A DNA stretch of 53,961 bases, from positions 1 through 53,961 of the forward strand of contig JAZKFH010000026.1 in the NCBI GenBank assembly GCA_040386535.1, in the 5' to 3' direction. Positions 26,675 to 36,100 of the stretch are shown here, one piece after another. Each line of letters begins with the position of its first letter. Position 1 is the stretch's first letter. The notes under the pieces are model-generated. The model had not been told where the DNA came from. It ran no database searches and was given only the letters and a program-made list of their open reading frames with translations. This DNA comes from Myxococcota bacterium. GTDB lineage: Bacteria; Myxococcota_A; UBA796; SXON01. Both the position numbers and the translations under genes were made by a program.

Positions 26675-28045
26675 ATGCGGTATACACGGCGGCGGGTGCT
26701 GGTCGGCGGGGCGTCCCTCGGAGCGCTCTCGCTCGTGGGCGGGTGTGACGGCGGGGGCAAGGCGGACGACACGGGCCCCCCGCTCGACGAGAAGGCCACG
26801 CCCGTCCGCGGCGCCGAGCCCGCGCCGTGGGATGCCCCGGGCACCGAGGACGCCGACACCTTCGCGTGGGGCGTGCAGGTAGGCGACGCGACGCCGTCGA
26901 CTGCCATCGTGTCCGTGCGCACCCCGGAGCCCACCGTCACCGTGGTGCTCGCCGTAGCCGACGGCGAGGGGTGGGCCGAGGTCGACCGGCTCGACGGCCT
27001 CGCCACCGACGTGGAGGTCGCGCAGGTGCTGTTCGAGGGCCTCGTGGCCGACACCGCCTATTCCGTGGCGATCTACACCGCCGACGGCACGCGCCGCTCG
27101 CGAGTGGGCCGCTTCCGCACGGCGCTCGCGCCCGAGGGGTGGCGGGTGGTCACGTTCGGCGCAACGTCGTGTCTGGGCGGCAACGAGCCCTGGCCGAGCC
27201 TCTCGTTCGCCGCGGCCGAGCGGCTCGATTTCTTCTGCCTGGTCGGTGACACGATCTACGCCGACTATGCGCCCGACGAGCTCGACTACGAGATGAAATG
27301 GTCCACGGCGCTCTCCACCGAGGGATTGCGCGCGGTCACCGGCAGCACCAGCATCATCGCGAGCTGGGACGATCACGAGGTCGCCAACAACTGGAGCTTC
27401 GAGACCGGTGGCCTCGAGGACCTGTTCGTGTCGGGCCTTGCCGCGTTTCGCCGCGGCCTGCCCCAAACGATCGGTCCGGGTGGCACCGGCCTGTGGCGCA
27501 AGCTCTCCTGGGGCGCCGTGGTCGACGTCATCACGCTCGACTGCCGCGGCGAGCGTCGCGACGGGCGTTACATGTCCGTAGCGCAGATGGATTGGCTCAA
27601 GGCCACGCTCTCGGCGAGCACGGCCCGCTTCAAGATCGTGCTCAACAGCGTGCCGATCACCGATTTGTCCGCCGTGTTCGGCAGCGCCCAGGAGCAGGAT
27701 CGCTGGTCGGGCTTCCCCGACGAGCGCAGCGAGATCCTCGGCCACATCCGTGACAATGGCATCCCCGGCGTCGTCTGGCTCACGGGAGATGTGCACTACG
27801 CCCAGGTCGGCCACGTCGACCCCGCGGGCGGCCTCGCCGCCGACCAGTGGGAGGTGCTCGTCGGCCCCGGCGGCAGCCGCCTCAACGCGATCGTCGGCGC
27901 GTTCGTCGGCAGCGAACAATATCCTGTCATGTTTGCCCAGTGGAATTGGGCACGCTTCACGTGTGACCCTGGCGCCGGCACGGTCACGGTCGCCTACGTG
28001 GGGGACGACGGGGCGGAGATCGCGGGGATCGTGCTGGCGGTCTGA
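26675..28045 (+). CDS. phoD: Alkaline phosphatase D-family protein, Tat-exported lipoprotein
   Basis: TRRRVL Tat motif followed by Cys; GVQVGD, GRFRT, GDTIYAD, WDDHEV.NN, LDCR, DRWSGF, LTGDVH. Confidence 0.9.
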   Translation: MRYTRRRVLVGGASLGALSLVGGCDGGGKADDTGPPLDEKATPVRGAEPAPWDAPGTEDADTFAWGVQVGDATPSTAIVSVRTPEPTVTVVLAVADGEGWAEVDRLDGLATDVEVAQVLFEGLVADTAYSVAIYTADGTRRSRVGRFRTALAPEGWRVVTFGATSCLGGNEPWPSLSFAAAERLDFFCLVGDTIYADYAPDELDYEMKWSTALSTEGLRAVTGSTSIIASWDDHEVANNWSFETGGLEDLFVSGLAAFRRGLPQTIGPGGTGLWRKLSWGAVVDVITLDCRGERRDGRYMSVAQMDWLKATLSASTARFKIVLNSVPITDLSAVFGSAQEQDRWSGFPDERSEILGHIRDNGIPGVVWLTGDVHYAQVGHVDPAGGLAADQWEVLVGPGGSRLNAIVGAFVGSEQYPVMFAQWNWARFTCDPGAGTVTVAYVGDDGAEIAGIVLAV

Positions 28046-28112
28046 TATAGGTTGGATCGAACGAATCTCGGGGCGGGGGGCCAACGGGGTCATGCCACGA
28101 TACGAGAGGCGA

Positions 28113-28646
28113 ATGCTGCTCTTCCTTCTCGCTTGCGACCCACCCGAGGCGGCTGCACGGCCCGGTGTGCCCGCCCCCGCCGCCGCGCCGGTCGACAACC
28201 CCTATCTCTCCATGCGGCAGCTCGCGCTGTCGATGACGCCCGGGGAGGGCGGCGCCCCGCCCGGCGAGGGCGGCGTGTACGCCGTCGTGACAGATTGGGG
28301 GTCCGCGGCGGGCTCTGTCACCATCGTGGCCACGCGTGGCGGCGACGCGAGCATGTATTACAGCGGCGGCGGCGGCACGATTGGATTGGGCGGCAAGGCG
28401 CCCGTGCGGGCGGCGGCCCAGGCCCTCTGCGCGGTGGCGGCGGGGCTCGAGTCCGCCGCCACGCCCACGGCGGACACCACGACGCTTTCGCAGCCCGGGC
28501 GGTTCCGCGCGCTCCTGCTCACGCCGTCGGGTGTCCGCGCCCTGGAGGGCAACCCCGAGGCGCTCACGCCGGGCTCGCCCGAGGAGAGGTTGTTCAATCA
28601 GGTCAACCTCCTGGTCACGTCGATCCGGGCGGCGTCGCCGGAGTAA
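28113..28646 (+). CDS. Hypothetical lipoprotein
   Basis: MLLFLLAC; GDASMYYSGGGGTIG. Confidence 0.7.
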   Translation: MLLFLLACDPPEAAARPGVPAPAAAPVDNPYLSMRQLALSMTPGEGGAPPGEGGVYAVVTDWGSAAGSVTIVATRGGDASMYYSGGGGTIGLGGKAPVRAAAQALCAVAAGLESAATPTADTTTLSQPGRFRALLLTPSGVRALEGNPEALTPGSPEERLFNQVNLLVTSIRAASPE

Positions 28647-28704
28647 CGCCCGCCGTTACCTGGCTCGGGACCTGCTCACGTCCGCCAGCTACCTCCCCCG
28701 CTCC

Positions 28705-29589
28705 ATGGAACCCCGCATGCCCCCTCCCCCTCCCCCCGCCCGCGCCGCCCTCCTCGGCCTCGCCGTGGGCGACGCATTGGGCGAGACCTTCTTCAGCCTG
28801 AACGACGCGCTCGACCGCATGCGGACACGCACGCTCACGCCCGGCCCGTGGAGGTGGACGGATGACACCGCCATGGCCCTCGCCATCGTCGAGGTGCTCG
28901 AGGCGCGCGGCACCATCGACACCGACCACCTCGCGCGCGTGTTCGGGCGTAACTACCTCGCCGATTCGCGCCGCGGCTACGGCGGCACCGCCCACGAGAT
29001 CCTCGGCCTCATCGGGGTGGGCGCCGCCTGGAAGCAGGTCGCCGCCGAGGCCTTCGAGGGGCAGGGCTCCATGGGGAACGGCGCCGCCATGCGCGTGGCG
29101 CCGCTGGGCGCGTGGTTCGCCGACGACCTGTCACGGGTGCGCACCGAGGCCCTCCTCTCCGCCGCACCAACCCACGCGCATCCCGACGGCGCCGCGGGTG
29201 CCGTGGCCGTGGCCGTCGCGACCGCGGTGTCGTGCCGCGGCGGCACGCCCGACGACGTGTGGCGCGCCGTGCTCGACCTGACGCCTCCGGGCGACACCCG
29301 CGACGGCCTCGTCCGCGCCCGCGCGCTCCCGCCCGACTGCTCGCTCGCCCTCGCCGCCGCCACGCTCGGCACCGGCTGGAAGGTCACCTCCTCCGACACC
29401 GTGCCGTTCGTCATCTGGTGCGCCACGCGGCACCTCGACGACTACGAGGAGGCCTTCTGGCTCACGGTCCAGGGCCTCGGCGACCGCGACACCACCTGCG
29501 CGATGGTGGGCGGCATCATCGGGGCGCGCGTCGGCGTCGACGGCATCCCGGCCGAATGGCGGGCGCGCACCGAGCCCACCGGGGCCTGA
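28705..29589 (+). CDS. ADP-ribosylglycohydrolase
   Basis: GLAVGDALG, WTDDT, GSMGNGAAMRVAP, THAH, GDRDTT. Confidence 0.93.
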   Translation: MEPRMPPPPPPARAALLGLAVGDALGETFFSLNDALDRMRTRTLTPGPWRWTDDTAMALAIVEVLEARGTIDTDHLARVFGRNYLADSRRGYGGTAHEILGLIGVGAAWKQVAAEAFEGQGSMGNGAAMRVAPLGAWFADDLSRVRTEALLSAAPTHAHPDGAAGAVAVAVATAVSCRGGTPDDVWRAVLDLTPPGDTRDGLVRARALPPDCSLALAAATLGTGWKVTSSDTVPFVIWCATRHLDDYEEAFWLTVQGLGDRDTTCAMVGGIIGARVGVDGIPAEWRARTEPTGA

Positions 29590-29603
29590 CCGCCCGCCGC
29601 GTC

Positions 29604-31841
29604 CTACGCCCCCTTCCGCCGCCGCGGCTTCACCGCGAGGTATTGGTTGGGCCACGCCTGCTCGTCGTAGCCGTATTGTTCGGCCGCGTGTTGCGCCAGG
29701 TACGGATCGGCGAGATGGCCGCGGGCGATGACACACAAGTCCGCCTTGCGTGACGCCAGGATGGTGTTGCACTGGTCGGCGTTCTGGATGTTGCCCACCG
29801 TCATCGTCGGCACCCCCGCCTCGTTGCGGATCTGGTCGGCGAACGGGAGCTGGAACATGCGCCCGTACACGGGCTTCTGCCATGACACCACATCCCCCGC
29901 CGAGCAGTCGATGATGTCCGCGCCGTTCTCCGCGAGCAGCCTTGCGATGACGACACGCTCCGCGTCCGTCAGGCCCCCCGGCGCCCACTCCGTGGTGGAG
30001 ATGCGCACCGAGATCGGCTTCTGCGCGGGCCACACGGCGCGCACCGCGACGAGCACCTGGACCGGCAGGCGCATCCGCGCGGTGATGTCACCGCCGTATT
30101 CGTCCGTGCGGTGGTTGGTGAGGGCGCTGATGAACGTCGAGAGCAGGTAGCCGTGCGCCATGTGCAGCTCGAGCCAATCGAAGCCGGCCTCGTCGGCCAT
30201 GCGCGCCGACGCGACGAACTGCGCGAGAAGCGTCTCCATGTCGGCCTCGGTCACGACGCGCGGCGTCTGGCTGACCGTGTTGTAGGGCTCCGCCGAGGGC
30301 CCGAGGATCTCCCAGGCCTCGTGCGCCGGGAGCGGCTCGCCGCCGTCCTCCCAGGGCAGCTGACACGCGGCCTTGCGTCCCGCGTGCCCGATCTGCAGGC
30401 CAATCTTGGAGACCGAGTGGGTGTGCACGAAATCCACGATGCGTCGCCACGCGGGCACGTGCTCCGGCAGGTACATGCCCGTGCAGCCGGGCGTGATGCG
30501 CCCCTCGGGGGAGACCGCCGTCGCCTCACACATCAACAGCCCCGCCCCGCCCACCGCGCGGCTGCCGAGGTGGACCAGGTGCCAGTCGTTGGGCGTGCCG
30601 TCGACCGCCGAGTATTGGCACATCGGCGACATCACGATTCGATTGGGGAGCGTGACCCCGCGCACCGTGTAGGGCGTGAAGATCGGCACCGGCCCGGCCG
30701 TGTCGTGGGCGCCGCGCCACTCCTCGGCCACCCGCGACACCAGCGCCGGATCGCGCACAGCGAGCTCGTCCCAGGTGATGCGCTTGCTGCGCGTGAGCAG
30801 CGAGAACGCGAACGGCACGGGCGGGAGAAACCGATAGCGCGCGCTGTTCTCGAACCACTCCAGGCTGGTCTGCGCGCTCGCCTGGAGCCGCTCCACCTCG
30901 GGGCGCCGCTCCGCCTCGTAGGCCGCGAGCACCTGGGGCACAGGCGCGTTCCGCAGCCGGGCAAACGTGTTGGCGAGCACGATGGCATCTTCCATCGCAA
31001 GCTTGGTCCCCGACCCGATGGAGAAGTGGGCGGTGTGACACGCGTCGCCGACCAACACCACGTTGTCCTTCACCCAGCGCGCGTTGCGGATGGTCGGGAA
31101 CGTGCGCCAGCTCGACTTGTTGGCGAGCAGCCGCGCCCCGCCGAGCTCCTTCGCGAACAGGTCCTCGAAGTACGCGATGGTGGCGGCCTCGTCGGCCTGG
31201 TCGAGCCCCGCCTTCGTCCACACCTCCTCGCGGCACTCCACGATGAACGTGCTCGCCTCGGCGTCGAACGGGTACGCGTGCACCTGGAACAGCCCCGCGT
31301 CGTTCTCCTGGAAGTAGAACGTGAACGCGTCGAGCCGACGGTTCGCGCCCAGCCACGCGAATTTGCACCGCCGCATGTCGAGCGTCGGCTGGAAGTGGTC
31401 GGCGTACTGCGCCCGAATGCGGCTGTTCACGCCATCCGCCGCGAGGATGAGATCCGCGTCGGCGAACGCCGACAGCTCGTCCACCTCGACCTCGTGCCGC
31501 ACCTCGACCCCGAGCTCCACCGCGCGCGCCTCGAGGATCTCCAGCAACTTCACCCGCGCGAACCCACAGAACCCGTGCCCCGTCGACCGCACCACCTCGC
31601 CCTTCCAGTGGATGTCGATGTCGGTCCAGTACGCGAAGTTCGCGCGGATCGTCGCGAGCGACACGGGGTCCGCCTGCTCGAAGATCCCCAGCGTCTGGTC
31701 CGAAAAAACCACGCCCCACCCGAACGTCTCCCCGCGGCGGTTGCGCTCGAGGATCGTCACCTGGTGCGACGGATCCTGCAGCTTCATTAGCAGGCCGAAG
31801 TAGAGGCCGGCCGGGCCTCCGCCGACGATGACGATCTTCAC
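29604..31841 (-). CDS. Bifunctional salicylyl-CoA 5-hydroxylase / anthraniloyl-CoA monooxygenase-reductase
   Basis: GGGPAG FAD site, TFGWGVVFSD, HTAHFSIGSGTKLAMEDA, OYE domain SPMCQYSA and HMAHGYL. Confidence 0.92.
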   Translation of the reverse strand: MKIVIVGGGPAGLYFGLLMKLQDPSHQVTILERNRRGETFGWGVVFSDQTLGIFEQADPVSLATIRANFAYWTDIDIHWKGEVVRSTGHGFCGFARVKLLEILEARAVELGVEVRHEVEVDELSAFADADLILAADGVNSRIRAQYADHFQPTLDMRRCKFAWLGANRRLDAFTFYFQENDAGLFQVHAYPFDAEASTFIVECREEVWTKAGLDQADEAATIAYFEDLFAKELGGARLLANKSSWRTFPTIRNARWVKDNVVLVGDACHTAHFSIGSGTKLAMEDAIVLANTFARLRNAPVPQVLAAYEAERRPEVERLQASAQTSLEWFENSARYRFLPPVPFAFSLLTRSKRITWDELAVRDPALVSRVAEEWRGAHDTAGPVPIFTPYTVRGVTLPNRIVMSPMCQYSAVDGTPNDWHLVHLGSRAVGGAGLLMCEATAVSPEGRITPGCTGMYLPEHVPAWRRIVDFVHTHSVSKIGLQIGHAGRKAACQLPWEDGGEPLPAHEAWEILGPSAEPYNTVSQTPRVVTEADMETLLAQFVASARMADEAGFDWLELHMAHGYLLSTFISALTNHRTDEYGGDITARMRLPVQVLVAVRAVWPAQKPISVRISTTEWAPGGLTDAERVVIARLLAENGADIIDCSAGDVVSWQKPVYGRMFQLPFADQIRNEAGVPTMTVGNIQNADQCNTILASRKADLCVIARGHLADPYLAQHAAEQYGYDEQAWPNQYLAVKPRRRKGA

Positions 31842-31932
31842 GGGGCAGCCTCGGGGGGGAGGCGCACCCTATCCCGGCGGTGGGGCCGGGAGCGCGTCGG
31901 GAGCAGTCTCGACGTACCTCCGCGGGCCTTCT

Positions 31933-32051
31933 GGGCGCGTCCCCGCGCGGACGCGGGGCCGGTCCCCTACAGGCTCGCGGCAAAGCCGCTCGGTCGGCGC
32001 GCGGACGCGCCGGACCGCGCCGCGGCGGCGCGCCCTCCGGGCACCTCGCGC
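31933..32051 (-). repeat. Dispersed four-hairpin element, copy E
   Basis: Minus strand: cgcgaggtgcccggaggg-[cgcgccg ccg cggcgcg]; ggtc C ggcgcg tccg cgcgcc gacc-ga-[gcggc ttt gccgc]-gagcctgtaggggaccgg-[ccccgcg tccg cgcgggg]-acgcgccc. Confidence 0.85.
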
Positions 32052-32081
32052 CGGAAACTGGCGCAGTGGTCGCCGCGGCCT

Positions 32082-32101
32082 GCCATAGCTATAGTTATGG
32101 C
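32082..32101. promoter_or_regulatory. Palindromic operator of the toxin-antitoxin operon
   Basis: gccatagctatagttatggc, near-perfect 20-bp palindrome just upstream of the antitoxin. Confidence 0.7.
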
Positions 32102-32114
32102 CATGAGGTCGACC

Positions 32115-32393
32115 ATGGGCAAATGTTACTCCGTCGCCGAAGCGAAGAACCAGTTGCCGTCTGTCATCCACGAGGCCGAGCAGGGCGAGCCGATCGAGAT
32201 CACTCGGCATGGTCGCGCGGTCGCTGTGATCCTGTCCACGTCGGAATACCTGCGCCTCGTCGGCGGCCGGCCGAACCTGTGGGACGCATACCAGGGCTGG
32301 CGCCAGCGACGGAGCGAGCTGACAGACGACGATGTGGACGCGCTCGCCGATCCCACCCGGGCGGAAGAGCCGAGTGAGCGGATCGACTGGTGA
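32115..32393 (+). CDS. Phd/YefM-family antitoxin
   Basis: SVAEAKNQL..VI..AEQGEPIEITRHGRAVAVILS..EY. Confidence 0.93.
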   Translation: MGKCYSVAEAKNQLPSVIHEAEQGEPIEITRHGRAVAVILSTSEYLRLVGGRPNLWDAYQGWRQRRSELTDDDVDALADPTRAEEPSERIDW

Positions 32394-32812
32394 GCGCGCG
32401 CTTCCTTCTCGACACCAACGCGCTGCGTGAGCCCCTGCGGCCGTCGCCCAACGGCCGGTTCCTCACCCGATTCGAGCAACACCGCGCGTCCCTGGCGATC
32501 GCCGCGCCGGTCTGGCACGAGGCGTTGTTTGGGCTCAACCGCATGCCACCCGGCCGAAAGCGGGACGAGGTGGACGACTTTCTCCACAACGTGATCCATC
32601 CCAGCATCGACATCCTGCCGTACGACGCCGAAGCGGCGCGCTGGCACGCCGTCGAGCGGGCTCGGCTGGAGAGCGAGGGGCGTCCTGTCCCCTTCGCGGA
32701 CGGGATGGTCGCGTCGGTAGCCGCGCGGTTCGGCCTCACCATGGTCACTCACAACGTTCGGGACTTCGAGCGATTCTCGGGCATCTCCGTGGTCGATTGG
32801 ATGTCGGAGTGA
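32390..32812 (+). CDS. vapC: VapC-family PIN-domain toxin
   Basis: FLLDTN, E, PFADGMVA, VTHNVRDF, DW; GTGA overlap with antitoxin. Confidence 0.93.
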   Translation: MSARFLLDTNALREPLRPSPNGRFLTRFEQHRASLAIAAPVWHEALFGLNRMPPGRKRDEVDDFLHNVIHPSIDILPYDAEAARWHAVERARLESEGRPVPFADGMVASVAARFGLTMVTHNVRDFERFSGISVVDWMSE

Positions 32813-32862
32813 TTTCGGTCCTCGCCGCCGGGATCAGGGTAGGACGTGGCTCGGAGTGATGA

Positions 32863-33462
32863 ATGAACGACCTGAGGATTGTGCTACGGGCCATAGATTA
32901 CGGTCTCGTCGCCGCTTGGGAGCAGAGCTTCCGCGGCGTCGCGCAGGTGGAGGCGTCGCAGGGCAGCATCCTGACCCGCCGCGCGGACGCGATCGTCAGC
33001 CCGGCGAACAGCTTCGGGTACATGGACGGAGGGCTCGACCTCATCTACAGCCAACACTTCGGCTGGGAGGTCGAGGGGCGGGTGCGGCGCCGGCTGCTCG
33101 CGGAGTACGACGGCGAGCTCCCCGTCGGCCAGGCGTTCATCGTCCCAACCGAGAACGCGGACATCCCCCTCCTGATCTCCGCCCCCACGATGCGGGTGCC
33201 GATGAATGTCGCCGGGACGACCAACGCCTATCTCGCATTCCGGGCCGTCCTGATCAGCATTCGCGACCACAACCGCGCGGCCCGCGGTCCTCCAATCCAC
33301 ACGGTGCTGTGCCCCGGCCTGGGCACCGGTGAGGGCCGCATGCCGCACGACCGCTGCGCGCGGCAGATGCGCGCCGCCTACGACGCGATTGTGGGCGGGA
33401 GAGTCGAGACGAAGGGAGGACTCGCTCGCGCTGTCGAGGGTCATATGGCGCTGATGACATGA
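32863..33462 (+). CDS. Macro-domain protein (ADP-ribose processing)
   Basis: DAIVSPANSFGYMDGGLD, APTMRVP, PGLGTGEG. Confidence 0.93.
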   Translation: MNDLRIVLRAIDYGLVAAWEQSFRGVAQVEASQGSILTRRADAIVSPANSFGYMDGGLDLIYSQHFGWEVEGRVRRRLLAEYDGELPVGQAFIVPTENADIPLLISAPTMRVPMNVAGTTNAYLAFRAVLISIRDHNRAARGPPIHTVLCPGLGTGEGRMPHDRCARQMRAAYDAIVGGRVETKGGLARAVEGHMALMT

Positions 33463-33517
33463 CGCTGCCGACCCTTTTCCAGCTGTGCGGCCGAGTTTCG
33501 GACGGTGCGTCGCGGCA

Positions 33518-34047
33518 TCAGTTTACGATAGACACCTCGACGCCGCGGTGCGCCAGGTAGACCACCTGGCCGGCAGGTTCGCGCAGGCGAACGACCACGT
33601 CCACGGGACGCTCGCTCGCCCACGGGGGTCCGCGTCGCACAATCACCTCGATCGAGGGCGTCTGTGGCGGCGACGCCCGCGCCTCGTCCCGGCCGGGCGC
33701 TACCACACCTCGGCGTCGCGGACGACGTACACCCGTTCGACCGCTACCCCGGGAGCGATCGCGGGTCCCGTCGTTCGTACCGAGGCCAGGACCATCAGCC
33801 CGCCGACGTCGGACCCCGGCATCGCGTCCTGCCAGGGCAACGCCTGGAGCGCGAGCTCCAGCCCCGCCACCTGGACGACCGACGCGGCCGTCCGCAGAAC
33901 ATCGGCCTCGGCCACTCGTTCCAGCGGCTCCGGCCGGCCGGGTGTCAACCGCGGCGCAGGGCCCGCGGGATACAAGAGCCAGAGTCCGCACGCCACGGCC
34001 AGGACGAACGGGAGCGACACGACACCGAGCCGAAGTCCAGCGGTCAT
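33518..34047 (-). pseudogene. Membrane-anchored hypothetical protein split by a frameshift at ~33702
   Basis: ..VYVVRDAEVW-TAG; adding one G gives W-VAPGRDE..IVRRGPPW..VDVVVRL. Confidence 0.55.
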
Positions 34048-34382
34048 GTGCGTGCCTCGCAACGCATGTTAGCACGCCGGGCAGGGACGATTACTTCCTG
34101 CGGCCGCGGTAGATGATACGAGCGCCTGTCGATTCGCGAGCTGTCGGCTCTGCCCTGCCCCCTGAGGAATCCAATGCACAAGGTCCCCGATCACCTGAAG
34201 TCGTCCGTGGGTTTGGTGTTGTCGGTAGGGGATCTGTCGAGTTGGAGGACAAGAGCGACCGCATCTCCGGCGCGAACCGGCGGGAGGACGAGTGCGAACC
34301 CCTCTTGTGCTGCGGATTGGCTGGAGGACGAGGGCGACCGTTGACCGTTGCTGCCGCAGAGCCGACCGGACAGCCAAGCTCT

Positions 34383-34697
34383 ATGCCGGATATTCGCGCG
34401 CAAGCGATTCGTTGGATCAGTGACGACTTTCCAGGCTTCGTGGAGTGCCGGTTCAGCGACGTCTGGGGAATCACGCACTTGGTACACGAAAAGGTGCCAG
34501 TGGTGACCACGTTGAGCGTTGACGCCCGCACTCTACTACCGGTCGATGTGCTCCTTGCATGCGAGCTCATCAGCGTACGGGTCGAGGGCGCGTGCGCCGT
34601 GGTGACAGTCACAACGGAGAAGCCGTGGGCCATCGATAGCACCGCGGGCTTGAGCCGCTTCGAGCTAGCGCCCGACCAGCTTGGCGAGGACGAATAG
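34383..34697 (+). CDS. Small hypothetical protein
   Basis: RWISDDFPGFVEC..D..G..H..EKVPV..PWAIDST.G; visibly lower GC. Confidence 0.75.
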   Translation: MPDIRAQAIRWISDDFPGFVECRFSDVWGITHLVHEKVPVVTTLSVDARTLLPVDVLLACELISVRVEGACAVVTVTTEKPWAIDSTAGLSRFELAPDQLGEDE

Positions 34698-34863
34698 CAG
34701 GAGCCGACGGCACGGAAGGGCCGAGGTGGCGGATTTGAAACGGGGCGAACGGGTCGACGGATTGTGCGGATCCGCCCACCGGACACTCCCCGGTCTACGA
34801 GGCGCGCGCTGGTGATTGGGTTCCTCCGGCGCGGGGGACGCGCAGCAGCATCAGCAGCGTCGT

Positions 34864-35418
34864 TCACTCACACTCGAATTCCCCCGGCAGGGAAACGAAG
34901 ATGAGATCATCGCTACGGCGCTCTACGATGGGCCGCTCGACGCACGATTGTTCACCGACCCGCTGTTGGACTTGCTCGAGGGCGCCCCGGGTCGCCGTCT
35001 CCCGGTAGATGCTCTGCCAGCGCTCGGACAGAGTGAAGCGGTGGACACGATCGACTGATTCGTCGTGATCATAGGAGCTGATCCGCGCCTCCACGAACCG
35101 CACGACGTCGCGAGGCTCCGCGTCCGAGGCGATCTCGATGCCGGTCGGGCCAACCTTGCGGACGTCCGCCCCGCGTAGCCCTCCCTCGCCGACCTTCGAG
35201 CGGAGGTAGGCCACATCTGCCCGGACTTCTGCGGCGATGGCCTCCTCCGTATCCACCACCAGGACGAGATCGATGCCCCCCTTCAGGTCCGTTCCGAGGT
35301 GGATGCGACGCTGATTCCCGAGGAAGGGGACATCCCACGCGGGGCAGAACGTGGGAATCAGAACCACGATCGCGGCGGACAGGACGGCCACGACGACGAG
35401 CAATCGGAACCACAGCAT
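34864..35418 (-). CDS. SecD N-terminal-like fragment (TM1 and part of P1); truncated
   Basis: IHLGTDLKGG..LVL.VD resembles LGLDLQGG; ERPIVERRSDDLIFVSLPG resembles EP.IQRQG.DRI.V.LPG; stops right after. Confidence 0.7.
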   Translation of the reverse strand: MLWFRLLVVVAVLSAAIVVLIPTFCPAWDVPFLGNQRRIHLGTDLKGGIDLVLVVDTEEAIAAEVRADVAYLRSKVGEGGLRGADVRKVGPTGIEIASDAEPRDVVRFVEARISSYDHDESVDRVHRFTLSERWQSIYRETATRGALEQVQQRVGEQSCVERPIVERRSDDLIFVSLPGEFECE

Positions 35419-35603
35419 GGCGGAGGATAGTTCACCGCGACCGCTCGGTCAACAAGACGCTCTGGGAGCACGATGCGCACGCCGTGGTCCAGCAAGCGTC
35501 ACCGCTCGGGTCGCGGCGGGGGGTCCGCCGATGAGGGACCAGCCCATGCGCTTCCCTCCGTGCGGTGCTCGCGCACTGCACATGCCAGCGAGGAGCGGCG
35601 CGA

Positions 35604-35823
35604 CCGTCCAAACTCGGTGGATGCGCGCCCATCCCGTTACTTCGGAAGGTTTATCCGTCCGAACTCGGTGGATGCGCGCCCATCCCGTTACTTTGGACGG
35701 TATATCCGTCCGAACTCGGTGGATGCGCGCCCATCCCGCTACTTTGGACGGTATATCCGCCCGAACTCGGGGGATGCGTGCGCATCCGCTCTCTTTGGAC
35801 GGTATATCTGTTCGAACTCGGGG
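35604..35823. repeat. Tandem repeat, 4.3 x 51 bp, each unit an imperfect hairpin
   Basis: Unit ccgtccgaactcggtggatgcgcgcccatcccgttactttggacggtatat at 35604, 35655, 35706, 35757, 35808 (partial). Confidence 0.95.
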
Positions 35824-35944
35824 TCCACCGATACGCGGGCCAGGCGGGCGGCGCCTGCATCCTCCCTCCAATCAGCCAAGCCCGGTCCCGCTGAAGGCGC
35901 TGCACAGGCACAGAGGCACCATTCCCCGAGTTCGGCGCCACCCC

Positions 35945-36071
35945 CGCGCGAGGAGCGCGCAAGGCGGCCGCGCCCCGCGGCCGGTCCCGGCCGCCGCTCG
36001 GGGCGGCCGGACCGAGGCCAAAGGCCGAGCCTGAAGCACTCCGACCCCGACCGCAGGGAGGGTTCGCGCCC
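35945..36071 (+). repeat. Dispersed four-hairpin element, copy F
   Basis: cgcgcgagg..gcaaggc-[ggccgcg ccc cgcggcc]-ggtc C cggccgcc..ggcggccg gacc-ga-[ggcc aaa ggcc]-gagcctgaagc..ccga..cgcgccc. Confidence 0.8.
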
Positions 36072-36100
36072 AAGTCCAAGTCCCACCCCAACCCCCCAAA

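Noticed and set aside
34069..34377. Gene in the low-GC gap
   Set aside because: No frame gives a convincing protein; possibly a decayed remnant.
34864..35418. Functional secD
   Set aside because: Only 184 aa, no C-terminal membrane domain, and no adjacent secF or yajC.
35604..35823. CRISPR array
   Set aside because: No repeat-spacer alternation; whole units are duplicated.
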